A DNA stretch of 64,000 bases from Octopus bimaculoides (taxonomy: Eukaryota). Position 1 is the first letter of the stretch. Every line of letters starts with the position of its first letter. The notes below the pieces were generated by a model. The model searched no databases, had not been told where the DNA came from, and saw only the letters and a program-made list of their open reading frames with translations. Where the stretch lies: positions 64,352,485 through 64,416,484 of the forward strand of contig NC_068992.1 of the NCBI RefSeq assembly GCF_001194135.2, in the 5' to 3' direction. This document shows positions 14,150 to 25,949 of this stretch, one piece after another. Both the position numbers and the translations under genes were made by a program.

Positions 14150-14152
<3 letters not shown>
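13676..14152 (+). mobile_element. Non-autonomous Tc1/mariner-superfamily element (MITE-like, 477 bp) in a (TA)n array
   Basis: TIRs CAGGGTGACTCAAGAAAAACAGAACC / GGTTCTGTTTTTTTTTGTGGGTGTCACCCTG, with (TA)n on both sides. Carries a transposase C-terminal remnant IDELKAAITAEIREIHKEECVRVIDNFVQ..CLECHGGHLEQIL. Confidence 0.88.
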
Positions 14153-14224
<72 letters not shown>

Positions 14225-14650
14225 AATACATACAAATGGGGGTGGGGAGTGGCAATGGGAAGGGCATCCAGCCATAGAAATTCCGTTTGAACATAGTTCT
14301 GTCTGACCCATGTAAGCATGGAAAAGTAAGAGCAGTCACCATATTTGTTTCATACCTGCTATCACTGAAGAGCACATGCATTAGATAACCATCTTGTTAT
14401 TCAATATCTGGTGCAAAACTGATTGGTAAGATCAGCTGTAATGGATCTACAATACTGCGTACTTTGATTACTGTACCAACTCTATTGACAAACGTATGAC
14501 TGCCTATTTTTCTTGACTTATGGATTTGTATACAATGACTATATACACACACGCACACCCACACATTGGTATTGTATTAAAATATGTCACACTCTTTGAT
14601 CTCTGCTTCACCTATTACACTTCATTGTTATAAACCTTCTTCTTTTTCAG

Positions 14651-14783
14651 CTTTGTGGTCAATATTCGAGAGACTTGGGATCATTTGCGCAGTACCAAGC
14701 TAATCAACTAAAATCTAAGCCAGACCAACTGTTTGAAACTGAGGGACAAACAAAACCAGCAGTTGGCTTCTGGGCATATTGGG
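14651..14783 (+). CDS. CLCN2: ClC-2-like exon equivalent to human exon 2: LCGQYSRDLGSFAQYQANQLKSKPDQLFETEGQTKPAVGFWAYW
   Basis: Acceptor tctttttcag|, donor G|GTTTGT (phase 1, fits the next exon). The first 13 aa align with human ClC-2 MYGRYTQDLGAFA, which also begins an exon in phase 0. Not in the ORF track. Confidence 0.87.
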
Positions 14784-14845
14784 GTTTGTATTTTTTTAAA
14801 ATATAAATACATCTACACATTGTCTTTGACTTATTTTGGTTTGCA

Positions 14846-14920
14846 TTATTATCAGAACACTGAATCACAGAACATCAGATCTTTGATCTGATGTTCTGTG
14901 ATTCAGTGCTCTGATAATAA
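14846..14920. repeat. 36-bp hairpin with 3-nt loop and one mismatch
   Basis: ttattatcagaacactgaatcacagaacatcagatc TTT gatctgatgttctgtgattcagtgctctgataataa; the only mismatch is A14857:C14909. Confidence 0.97.
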
Positions 14921-14995
14921 ATTTTGTTCAAAGTATGTCTCTACTGTGTTCCAAGGCACATCAACATAAACCTCTTCTCTCTATTCATTACACAG

Positions 14996-15026
<31 letters not shown>

Positions 15027-15840
15027 AGGTGATGTATTCAAAGGAACATGGTCAGACCACTTAGACTAAACAAAACTGGGCGTCAGTAAATTTAATCTGT
15101 AACTGCGAATCTGACAAAATGTATTTTATTTCACCTTGGAACAGTTCAGGGACAGAACGTAGTTATATAAGGAACCAGGTAGAAAGATGGTTGTACAGGT
15201 ATAGAAAAGAAAAGTACACCAATGGCAAGTAGTGTGTGTTAAGGTTGGCGTGGTGGTTGAAGTTATGGTTGCACTCCAGAGTAGGGGTGTTGATGAAGAA
15301 GGTGAAAGTGGAAATAGTAATTATAGATTGAGGGGTAGGTGATGTTGATATATGAAGGGTCAAGGTAGAGTGTTTGGTGTTAGTGTTTCTGATGGTGAAG
15401 TGAGTGGTAGTAATGTGTTGACACTGGATGGGAAAGTGAATGTGTGAGGGTTATTGGCTGTACTGGCAAATGAGGCGGTGGGGGTAGAGTGAGGAGTGAC
15501 TGGTGGTGGTGATTGATAAGGACACACTGTATGCTTACACTCTCACATGTATTATTTCAGTGGTGTGAATTGAAATTAAGTAAAAATAAACAAATAAATA
15601 AATGCATAAATATAAAAATACATAAATAAATATATAGATGAATAAATGTATAAATCAAGTAAAAAAAAATGAGTGCTTGGAACTGTTTGAATGGAATAAC
15701 ATTTTACTAAGTTGAACCTGTGTGAATCAATACTCAGAGTTTCTCATTCCTAATCTTTATTAGTGCATGTATATGTTATCATCATCATCATCATCATATG
15801 TCCGTTGTCCATGCTGGCATGGGTTGGATAGTTTGGCTGG

Positions 15841-17340
15841 GCATACACATACATAAACTAAGAATATGCAAAAGAAACTAATAAATTATAGTAACTAATG
15901 AATTTATATATAAATATAAATATTTAGTAGTGAAAAAAGTATTTGTACAGAACAAAAATAACTGATAATTCTGATTTAATACTTCGTAGCATAACCATTA
16001 TTCAGTTTCACTTCAACCAATCTCTTCTTGTCGTTCTTAATCAATGACTCTCATGTTTCTTTAGGAATTTTTTCCCATTCTTCTTGACAAATTTTCTTCA
16101 AATCTGGAATGCACATTGGGGCTCTTGAATGAATTTTAATTTTCAAATAACGCCACAAATTTTCAATGGGGTTCAAGTCAGGTGACTGACTTGGCCATTC
16201 TGATAATTTTATATTGTGATTGACAATCCATTTTTGGTAGACTTCACCGTGTGCTTAGGGTCGTTATCTTGTTGTAAAACTCACCCTTCACAAAGCTGGA
16301 GCTTTTCTACAGAGTCCCATAAATTATTGTTCAAAATATTTTGGTACATCTCTGTATTCTTTCTACCATCTATCACATATAAATTGCCAGTGCCATTTGC
16401 AGAGAAACACCCCTACACAATGATGTTGCCACCTCCAAACTTTACAGTAGGAATTGTGTTTTTCTGCAAATAGGTGGTACCATCTTTCCTCCAAACATAG
16501 CTATGTGAATTTCGTCCAAACAATTCAATTTTCGACTCGTCTGTCCATAGAACATTTTCCCAGAATGTATCAGATTTATCTTCATGTTCATAAACAAATT
16601 TTAAATGGGCATCTCTATGCCTTTTAGTCAACAGTGGAGTTTTTCTAGGAGAGCATGACTTCAGTTCATTCCTATGAAGTTCATTGCTGATTGTTCGTAG
16701 TGTAACACTAGTCCCTGAAGCTAACAAATCTTCTTGCAACTCTTTTCTGGTGATCATTGCATTTTTTTCGATTCTTCACTTCATTTTTGTTAAAGATCTA
16801 GCGGAAATCTTGCGTGGTGCACCGGATCTTATTCTGTTTTCAACAGTTCCCGATTTTTTATATCTTTGAATAAATGAAGATATTGTAGAAAATGGAATAC
16901 AAAGGGTCTCTGATATTTTCCTGTAACTTTTACCTGCTTTCCACTGTTCAATAATTAAGTTTTTCACTGAATTTGTGAATTCTTTACTTTTCGCCATTAT
17001 TACAGCACTACTTTATGTTGTCTCAGTGCTGAATGAAGAAGATAGCGTTTTGACACTTAAAAATGACCACTGATATGATTATTGGAACAAACAAGAAAGT
17101 TCTAGTAAATAAAAATTATTTTAACAGTATTTTGTGGCATAGAAACTCATAAATTTTCACCCCTAAATATTTATAATTGTATATAAATTCATTAGTTACT
17201 ATAATTTATTAGTTTCTTTTGCATATTATTAGTTTATGCATGTGTATGCAAATATAGTATTGGTATATCCCATTTATGTTCATTAGAAATTAAAAGAATA
17301 AAGAATTTTGACATGTACGAATATCTATTTCCCCCCATTG
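15841..17340 (-). mobile_element. Tc1-family (DD34E) DNA transposon, near full length, inactive; left terminus truncated
   Basis: ~100-bp inverted repeats at 15841-~15940 and ~17150-17249. Intact minus-strand 5' terminus CAATGGGGGGAAATAGATATT flanked by TA (17341-17342). Encloses a transposase pseudogene. Confidence 0.93.
15976..16997 (-). pseudogene. Tc1 transposase pseudogene
   Basis: MAKSKEF..HTH..GAPRK..RKTPLL..WTDESK..GGGNIIV*GCFS..*VLQQDNDPKH..EWPSQSPDLNPIENLW..GYATKY*. Four in-frame stops (16776, 16413, ~16281, ~16051) and a 1-nt frameshift near 16230. D-to-E spacing is 34 once the frameshift is corrected. Confidence 0.93.
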
Positions 17341-17406
17341 TATGTATATGTGTATAAATATATGTGTATATATATGTGTATGTGTATATGTGTGTGCATA
17401 TATGTA

Positions 17407-17450
<44 letters not shown>

Positions 17451-17526
17451 CATATGTGTGTGTGTATGTATATATGTATGTGTGTGTGTGTGTGTATAAA
17501 TATATACATGTATATATACTTATATA

Positions 17527-17564
<38 letters not shown>

Positions 17565-17827
17565 ATGAGCTTTTGCACAATTTCCTTCTACTAAATTACA
17601 TTCATGTGACCTTGGTCAATCTGGAGTAACAGAAGATGTTACTTGCCAAAGGTTCCCTAGATTGGGATCAAACATAGCACCATATTGCAAAATAAACTTG
17701 TTATCTGCCTAGCCATTGAAATTTACAAAGCTGTAACAAATTTTGTGGCTGAGTGGCATCAAGGTCATTACCAACATGATTGAGTAGCCTTTTATTGGTT
17801 TTAGCCTGTGGTATATACACATTCTGA

Positions 17828-18180
17828 GGAGGCGCAATGGTCCAGTGGTTAGGGCAGCGGACTCGCGGTCATGGGATCTCTGTTTCGATTCCTGGACCAG
17901 GCGTCGTGAGTGTTTATTGAGTGAAGACACCTAAAGCTCCACGATGCTCCGGCAGGGGATGGTGGCAAACCCTGCTGTACACTTTCGCCACAACTTTCTC
18001 TCACTCTTACTTTCTGTTGTGCCTGTAATTCAAAGGGTCAGCCTTGTCACACTGTGTCACACTGAATATCCCCGAGAACTACGTTAAGGGTACACGTGTT
18101 TGTGTACACGAGCAGGCTGTTCCTTTGATCGGATCAACTGGAACCCTCGACGTCGCTTACGACGGAGTGCCAACAACAAT
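17828..18180 (+). mobile_element. tRNA-derived SINE (family A), well preserved and CpG-rich copy
   Basis: GGAGGCGCAATGGTCCAGTGGTTAGGGCAGCGGACTCGCGG..TTCGATTCC head; tail gacggagtgccaacaacaa also seen at ~27950-28022. Confidence 0.85.
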
Positions 18181-19446
18181 ACACATTCTGAGGCAAATGT
18201 AAAACTAGTCGTGCAGTCAAGTTTTAAAGTTAGAGGGATCAAGCACATAAAAAAAAAAAAAGGTTCTGGGACGCATACGAAACAACTTTTAACTCATTTT
18301 CCATATTGTGCAAAATATTTCATTAGTTATAATATACGTAATAGTATTGTACGCTCATTAATTTCATGTTTCAGTGACGATGTCATTATGTACGAAACAT
18401 GCAACTAATGGTGTAGGTGTGATGTGAAAAACATGAATTTCCACAGGATCGTCCAGTGTTGAGAGATTATGATGTTAAGGTCATTTTTTTGGTTCTTCAG
18501 ATGTCAACGGCCACCAACACATCAAAGGAGATTGAGCAGACAGCTCAAAAATACGGCAGGTTTGGTCAAATAAAGTAATGTCTCCAGAAAGTTCTTCTGA
18601 GGCCATGCGATTAACAAAAAAAGAAAGCAAATGTTGAACTTTTATTGCCCAAAATAATCTAAGAGTTAAAAAGCAAAATTGTTGAAACGGTGCCAATTTT
18701 GAAAAAATGTGCTTGGTGGGGAGGGGGTTGGCGAAGTCGTTCCCCTATTAACTCTGCTACCGTGTAAAGCATTTCTTGATTTGTTTTGCTTACCTTTGTA
18801 CAGGGTTCTTACTATCTTGATCTTCAGCATCATTCCTGGAATGTGTTCAGTATACCTTGTTTGATCCATTGCAAGTCAGCCAAAAAAGACATTAAAATGA
18901 TGATAATGGTGATGATGATGATTATCTTTTTTCGACTTCAGTCTTAATTTGTTTGTTTGTAGCTTGTTTTTGTGGTTTGGTTTGTTGCTGTTTTCTATTG
19001 TTTATCGTAATCTAAGTCCTGAACTTAACATCCAATAGACTAAATGGCCTGCAGCAACATAATCTCTCTTTTTTTTTTTTCATATTTTTTTGTAAGTTCT
19101 TGTTTAACGCATGAATTACATTGCTTTGGTAACGGATGTTAATAGTTAGCTATGAGATAATGAGGAGTATTCTGCCTTCATCATCAGATAATCTACCACA
19201 TTACATACGTAATCAATATTAGTAATAAGGATTTAACATTGCACTTCCTCAATGTCACTTCATTGTGAAATACATCTTTTGGATTTCGTCTGTGTGTTCG
19301 CTGGAGCTGTGGATAAATTCTGTGAAGTAATGTCACAAAATCTATCACTGCATTGCTGCACATGCAAGCATGTGCAACGATACAGAACCTAGAATGGTGT
19401 GCATCTGCTGAGGAGCTCTGCATTATTTGTCTTTTACCATGGTATA

Positions 19447-19465
19447 ATGCAGAATCACGAGCCGA
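19447..19465 (+). CDS. Candidate alternative first coding exon (MQNHEP + phase-1 base), unconfirmed
   Basis: ataATG CAG AAT CAC GAG CCG A|GTGAGT: first ATG after an in-frame stop, A at -3, consensus donor, phase compatible with the exon at 23387; lies in non-repetitive sequence. No homology support. Confidence 0.3.
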
Positions 19466-20584
19466 GTGAGTGTTGCGAATAATTATCTAATTGCTAACTG
19501 ATTTCCTAATGTTTTTAGATTAGACAATAGTAGTCACGTCCTTTTGTTGTAGCTTGTTGATGTTGTGTTTTAAAGGTGTGATTAGGTAGAAACAGATAGG
19601 GGTGTGTGTGTGTGTGTAGTAGGTAATTTTTTGAGTACATATGTTGAGTGTATGTGAATGTATGTGAGTATAGATGTATGTATATTATATGCTTACATGC
19701 ACACATGTGTATAGGTATGTGTGGTACAAGTAATGTTGATCATATGACTGAGGAGTGTGCAAAAACAAACAAAAAAATCAAAACAAAAAAACAAAAACTC
19801 TAACCCCTATACCTCCTACCATAACCCCCCCCTTCCCTCAAAAAAAGTACTCAATGCATTTAGAGGCAGATTGGGTTATAGTTGAAAGGTTACTTAGGTC
19901 TTGCAAGAGGTTTCATCTGGAGAACAGCAATAGTTGATTGCAGACTCCTCAGGGTAGAGGATGCAACTGAGAAATGAGGTTTTACTTTGTGGGTTGGTTT
20001 CATTTGTGTGTGTGCATGTGTGTGTGTGTGTGTGGGGGGGGGAGCATGAATGCTAGGAGGAGGAGGAGGAAGAAATAGAATGAGTTATTGGGTAGAGTAG
20101 CATATACAAGGTCCTCCTGCAATGTCATCTGAATCGATTGCTATATAAGTCATGATGATGATGATGGCCATTGTTTTAACATCCACTTTTCCATGCCTGT
20201 ATGGGCTGGATGGAATTTGTTTGGGCAGATTTTTTTTGTACGGCTGGCTGCCCTTCTTTTTGTCAACTCTGACTTGTTCCCAAATAAGGTAACATTTTAC
20301 CAAGACATAACATGTTTTCATGTCTGAAGCAAAGGGCACTTGCTTACAGCTATTACATGATTCCAAGGCAAGGAGAGAGTACACCCCCACCACACACATA
20401 CACATAATGAGCTTCTTTTAGTTTCCTTCTATCAAATCCACTCACAAGGCTTTGGTTGGTTCAGAGCTATAATAGAAGACACTTCACTGAAATGCCACAC
20501 GGTGGGACTGAACCAGAAAGCCATGTGGTTAGGAGACAAAGTTCTTCACCATGTAGCCATGCCAGATGTAAAGGGAGCATACAC

Positions 20585-20621
<37 letters not shown>

Positions 20622-21347
20622 ATATACATACAGTTGTATTTTCTACATAAACAGCCCAACACACCAAGAACTTTATAAACATACAAGCATATAAACTTTG
20701 AAAATATGCACACATGCATGCATAGAAGCACACACATACATATACATAGGAACACACAGACATGTATAAAAACAGATGGGTGCATGTATAGACACACAGA
20801 CATATGCATAGATACACAAACAGGTGTGTACATAAAAGTACATGCATGCTCATACATGCAAACATAGAAAAATATGTAGACACATGCATAAAGACACGTG
20901 TAGCATGCATAGAAACACTCATGCACAGATGCATACACGGAAAGACCTACACACAGACACATACATAGAAATATATACAGACACATACTTAAAAATACAC
21001 AGATGCATTCATAGAAGCACACACCTTGCACTATTCTGTGTATTAAGAAATCAATTTGCATTAGGTTGTAAATTGTTAATTAGGTTATAAATTGTTAATT
21101 ACTATTTGGTGATGGATTTCATTGAATGTTTACATTTACAACAAAGCCGACGTTATGACTATAACAGTCTCTTGTCTTCATGTCGGCACACACTTTGCTG
21201 TGTTGTGGAGAGGCTTTCTTTGCAACCATGTGGTATTAGGTTCTGTCCCGCAGTGTGGCATTTTGGGCAGTGTCTTCTACTATAGCCCCTGGCCAATCAA
21301 AGCCTTACAAGTGGATTTGGTAGGTGGAAACTGAGAGAAACCTAGCC

Positions 21348-21379
<32 letters not shown>

Positions 21380-21380
21380 C

Positions 21381-21419
<39 letters not shown>

Positions 21420-22744
21420 TAATAATAATAATAATAATAATAAACACGAAATTCTGTCTGTCCATCTGGAACCCTTGTATCTCAGTCTACATTTGCTCTA
21501 CATAGGCATATTATGTTTTTGGAATCAGGATGATCCCGAGATTGAAAATCTGCCCTTCATTTGGTTCTTGAACATCCAGCATTGGGATCAGGTCTGGACG
21601 AGGATTTGTTATATACTGACAGTTGAAAATTAAAATTTTTAAATAATTCCAAAAATTTGTAGATTTACGAGTTTTTGATTTAAACTGAATTTAAAGTAAT
21701 ACCATATTGGCAGGGTACCAATAAATGCTTTATTATTTTTGTTCTCCTTAGTTTTGGGCTACAGGCCCAATTAGTCCTCTGCAGGAGCTAGCTTATAATG
21801 ATGGGTGTCTATTCACTAGATGGGCATGACCACTGCTGACAGGTAACATCAGCAATGTTCGTGCACGAATTTAAAGCCAAGTGTGGCTTGCACCACATTG
21901 AAACCACTCTCACTGGCAATGCCCAGGTGCCCAGAGACCAGTGAAGTGCAAGATATCCGGCTCAGTAGAGTAGTGTGTTTTATGTCTGAGTTAGCTTTCT
22001 CTTAGAAGGGGATGCCTTAACAAAGACCAGGGTTCCCTCACTCCTTGGGGGCTTACTGTGCTCTCAGGCACCAGCCTCAATAATTCTGTCCCAGCTCCCT
22101 TGTGCTAGTTAGCTTATAGCTGAGACCCTAACAAGTACTACTTCTCTGGGTCAGAATAGGCCTGGGTGTAATAGTGGCTACAAGGTAGTTCCACATTCTG
22201 GAACTCCTGGACCAAAACTCCACTGCTGGATGCAGTTTAAAGTCATACACGTGTGTGTGTGTGTGTGTGTGTTGGTATGGGTGGTGATGATGATGATGAT
22301 GAGAGTGATTATAACTTGCACAATTGCTTCTCTGTTTACCAGGTAAAGTATGGTAGTACAGCATGATTGCACAGCTCCACCACAAGACTCTACGTTTCAA
22401 AAATAATACTCCTGAATCCTCTTTCTGTCTCAGATAGTTGAAGATTTCTTGGTAGCTAATGGCAGTGCCATTCCATATTCTGGGACTACATCATCATCAT
22501 CATCATCATCATCATCATTAACGCCTGTTTTCCATACTGGCATGGGTTGGATGGTTTGACATGGAGTTGGCTAGCAGGGAGCTGTCCAGACTCCAACTGT
22601 CTGTTGTGATACGGTTTCTATGGATGGTTGCCCTTCCTAACACCAATCACTTAACAGAGTGTACTGGATGCTCTTTACATATCACTGTGACAGGTGTGTT
22701 TATGCAGCCCTGGCATGGGTGCTTTTTATGAATAGATATATATA

Positions 22745-23322
22745 CACAGACATGCAGGAAGTAAATAAACACCTTTAATTTTCAAAATCTTTTATTTGAT
22801 ATTAATTGGTTGAAGGAGAGGTTTTCTTCTAGTTGCTCGTCCATAATACCCAAGCTTATGCAGATATGTAACACACATTCTTGGACTAACTTCTAACTCT
22901 TTTGCAATGCCAGAAGCTTTCGAACGGGGTTCGTTGTCCACAATTCTCTTCAAACTGTGAAGCTTCCTTTCTGAGGGCTCAGGTCAGCCAGGACGAGAAT
23001 CTGTTGATTCTTTTCCATGGCTTTTGAATTGCACTATAATTCTATTAACAGTAGCAAGAGGAATTTGAAGATTTTCAGCAATTTTTCGCTGGCTAAGACC
23101 ACCCTCAGATTGCCCAACAATACGACCTCTTTGAAAATCTGACAGTTCTGCTGAATTTTTTGTGCGTGGCATGGTTACTCTTCGCAAATGTTTAATATAA
23201 TGGCACCTGGAATGAAAAAGAATAATTACATTGAAAATTCTACACTGCTGGAAACATATTGAGACGCTTAGATCAGAAATTTTGAAAATTAAATTTGTCT
23301 ATTTACTTCCTGTATGTATGTG
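22745..23322 (-). mobile_element. Tc1-like internal-deletion derivative (578 bp)
   Basis: TA-flanked TIRs CACAGACATGCAGGAAGTAAATA / TATTTACTTCCTGTATGTATGTG. N-terminal transposase remnant [45 protein letters not shown] then GRATRRKPLL; no DDE domain. Confidence 0.9.
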
Positions 23323-23386
23323 TATATATATGTATATACAAATACACAATATATTTACTATGTGTATATTCCCTATTTATTTTCAG

Positions 23387-23518
23387 AACAATGTATCCGA
23401 CTTCGAGACATTATTTTTCACAAAATTGGAGAAGATTGGGTGTTCTTAGCTTTATTAGGAATTATAATGGCCTTGATGAGTTTTACAATGGATTACGTCA
23501 TTGAAAAATGCCAGGAAG
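23387..23518 (+). CDS. CLCN2: ClC-2-like exon 3: (E)QCIRLRDIIFHKIGEDWVFLALLGIIMALMSFTMDYVIEKCQE, helix B
   Basis: tttcag| ... AAG|GTGAGC; 132 nt; GEDW-FL-LLG motif; lies inside ORF 23314..23628. Confidence 0.96.
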
Positions 23519-25949
23519 GTGAGCCTGTGTTTACTGTTTTCAACCTTTTGCCTTTAAGAAATACATCAATATTTATGTTGTCATTGTCAAATAATATTGA
23601 GGAAGATTCATCTTCAATAGAACCTTAAATCATCCTTAGTTTGTTTTGTGCATATTTTTTATCATTGTTTTTTTGTCTTGCTCTTGATTTTCCTTTTCTT
23701 TTTTTCTTTCTCTTTTTGATTTTCCTTTTCTTTTTTTCTTTCTCTTTTTGATTTTTATATTTCTACTTTTTTTTATGTGGAAAACGTGGAGGGGACAAGT
23801 GGAAGAGGAGATTGGGAGGGTTGGCTTGAGGAGGGAGGACGGCAAACCCCGGTCAAGGTGCTGTGAGAGTGGTTACTGAAAGAGTGAGATAGATTCAGTC
23901 ACCCCTGTTAACAATCGATTCATCAAGTTTTTTTTTATTGATTTTATTGTTGCTTATCCCAAGATACCATGCAGTGAGATTGAACTTGAAACTGCATGTT
24001 TGCAAAGTTAGCTTCTTAACCATACAGTCATGCCTGTATCATATATCATTGTTTTTTATTCTGATTTTAGAATAGTTTTGTGTGATATGAGGGAGATTTG
24101 GTTGCTATTTCTAGCAAGTTGAGTAACCATGTAGAGGCTTCCACATTATTTTAATATTTTTAATGTCAGTGCCTTTTATGTAGTTATAAAGCCTGATGCG
24201 TTAAATATAACCAACTCCTTGTGGCTGTGTGGTTAGCACTGTGAGGTTAGAACAAAGTTCTAACCACTTTGTTTCCCGACCACATGGTTTCAGGTTCAGT
24301 CCCTCTGTATGGCACCTTGGGCAAATATTTTCAACTAAGCCCAGCGAGTGGATTTGGTAGACAGAAACTGAAAGAAGCCTGATATATATATGTGTGTGTA
24401 AGTGTCTGTGTGTACTTGTGTATTCGTGTGTATATATATATATATGTATGAGTGTGTATAATGTATATATCTATATTTGTGCCTGGTGTTGGTTTGTTTA
24501 TAATTCCTGTAACTTAGTGGTTCAGCCAAAGAGAGCAGTAATAGGGTAACAGGCTTGAAATAAAATAAGTTCTGGAGTTGATTTGTTTGACTGGATACAT
24601 CAAGGCAGTGCCCCAGCATGGTCACAGTCCAATGACTGGAACAAATAAAACAGGGGAGTTAAGATACTCTTTACACTTAGTGAACATGTTGTGTTTTCCA
24701 GTGATCTGTTTGGATGTAATTCACATCTTCAAAATTGTATAAACCATTTATGCTTATTACTAATCTTTCCTATACACAACGAAGACTTTAATTAGTTTTA
24801 AGTTTTCCCCTGAGTTTATCAAGTGCAAAGTGAGTGCATTAGAACTTTTGGCAGACTGACTGTGGTGCTTAAAAAGTACATTGCATGGCTGTATTGAAAC
24901 TGCTTGTCAAGGCCACAACTTCTGGCATTGAACTTCAGATGTGGAAGCTAAGAGTTGTTTACTCATCTGTTGTTAGAAAATAACTACAATACCTAACATG
25001 ACATTGAATGGAATGTAAAAACCTCTAAGTAGTCACACAGCTTGCAAGAAATAACAGTTAAATCTACCTTGAAGCAGGCATTACTACCTTCAGTAAAGAA
25101 GGTTACATTGAACTAAGTGGGTGCAAAATGATTTGCTTAATCACATAGCAATTTGTCAGGATTTGAACCAAGGACATCTGTTTGTTTTACATCTGTTTAT
25201 CCATACTAACATGGATTAGATGAATACATTACTGAGGCATTGTCTTATAACTGAATGCCCTCCTTGTTGCTAACCCTTAATTGTTTTTCAAGTAAGGGAT
25301 TGAGGGGAGCAGAGCATTTTAAGTATCCTGCTGTTTCTGACATTTGACAACTGTGCTGCATTCTTTTATTGGCTCCAGAGATATAAAAGTACAAAGCAGA
25401 ATCAATCTAGATGGTATTTGAAGTGTGGACATAAACAGGTTCAATGGGGAGGTTGAGTTCATAATTTATAGCTGTAGACTGTGGGAACACTGAATGGTTT
25501 GTTAGTTTACTGTGCTGAACTGTAAACTTTCACCCTTTAGCATTTAAGCCAGCCATATCCGGTCCATATGTTCTACCTGTTTTATATCCAAAGTGACCAG
25601 ATCCAGCCTCTTACACATGCCTTATAATGTCATTCTAAAAATCGACAATTACATCATCAAAGTCTTGAAGCTAAAAGATAATGCATGATTGATTCCAAAC
25701 AATGTGAATAAATAAGGATTACATTTAACAGATTAATCCGAATGCTTGGGGATTAAATGGGGTGTGGAGAAAACACTGAAGGGGAAATCATTTAAATGTA
25801 CCTTGCATGGGGAACAATATATGATGTTATTGTTGTTGTTGCTTAGTCTCAGCTTAGTCCTGATCAAGAGAATTTATGATAAAATACCTTCCAACCAAGA
25901 CCATCCCGTCCATCTTTTTCTTGTAAAGTGCGTATCAATCATCACCATC

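Noticed and set aside
17828-17905. tRNA-like sequence with A and B boxes (also 6182, 49840 and others)
   Set aside because: No complete cloverleaf, and each continues into a shared SINE body; these are SINE heads, not tRNA genes.
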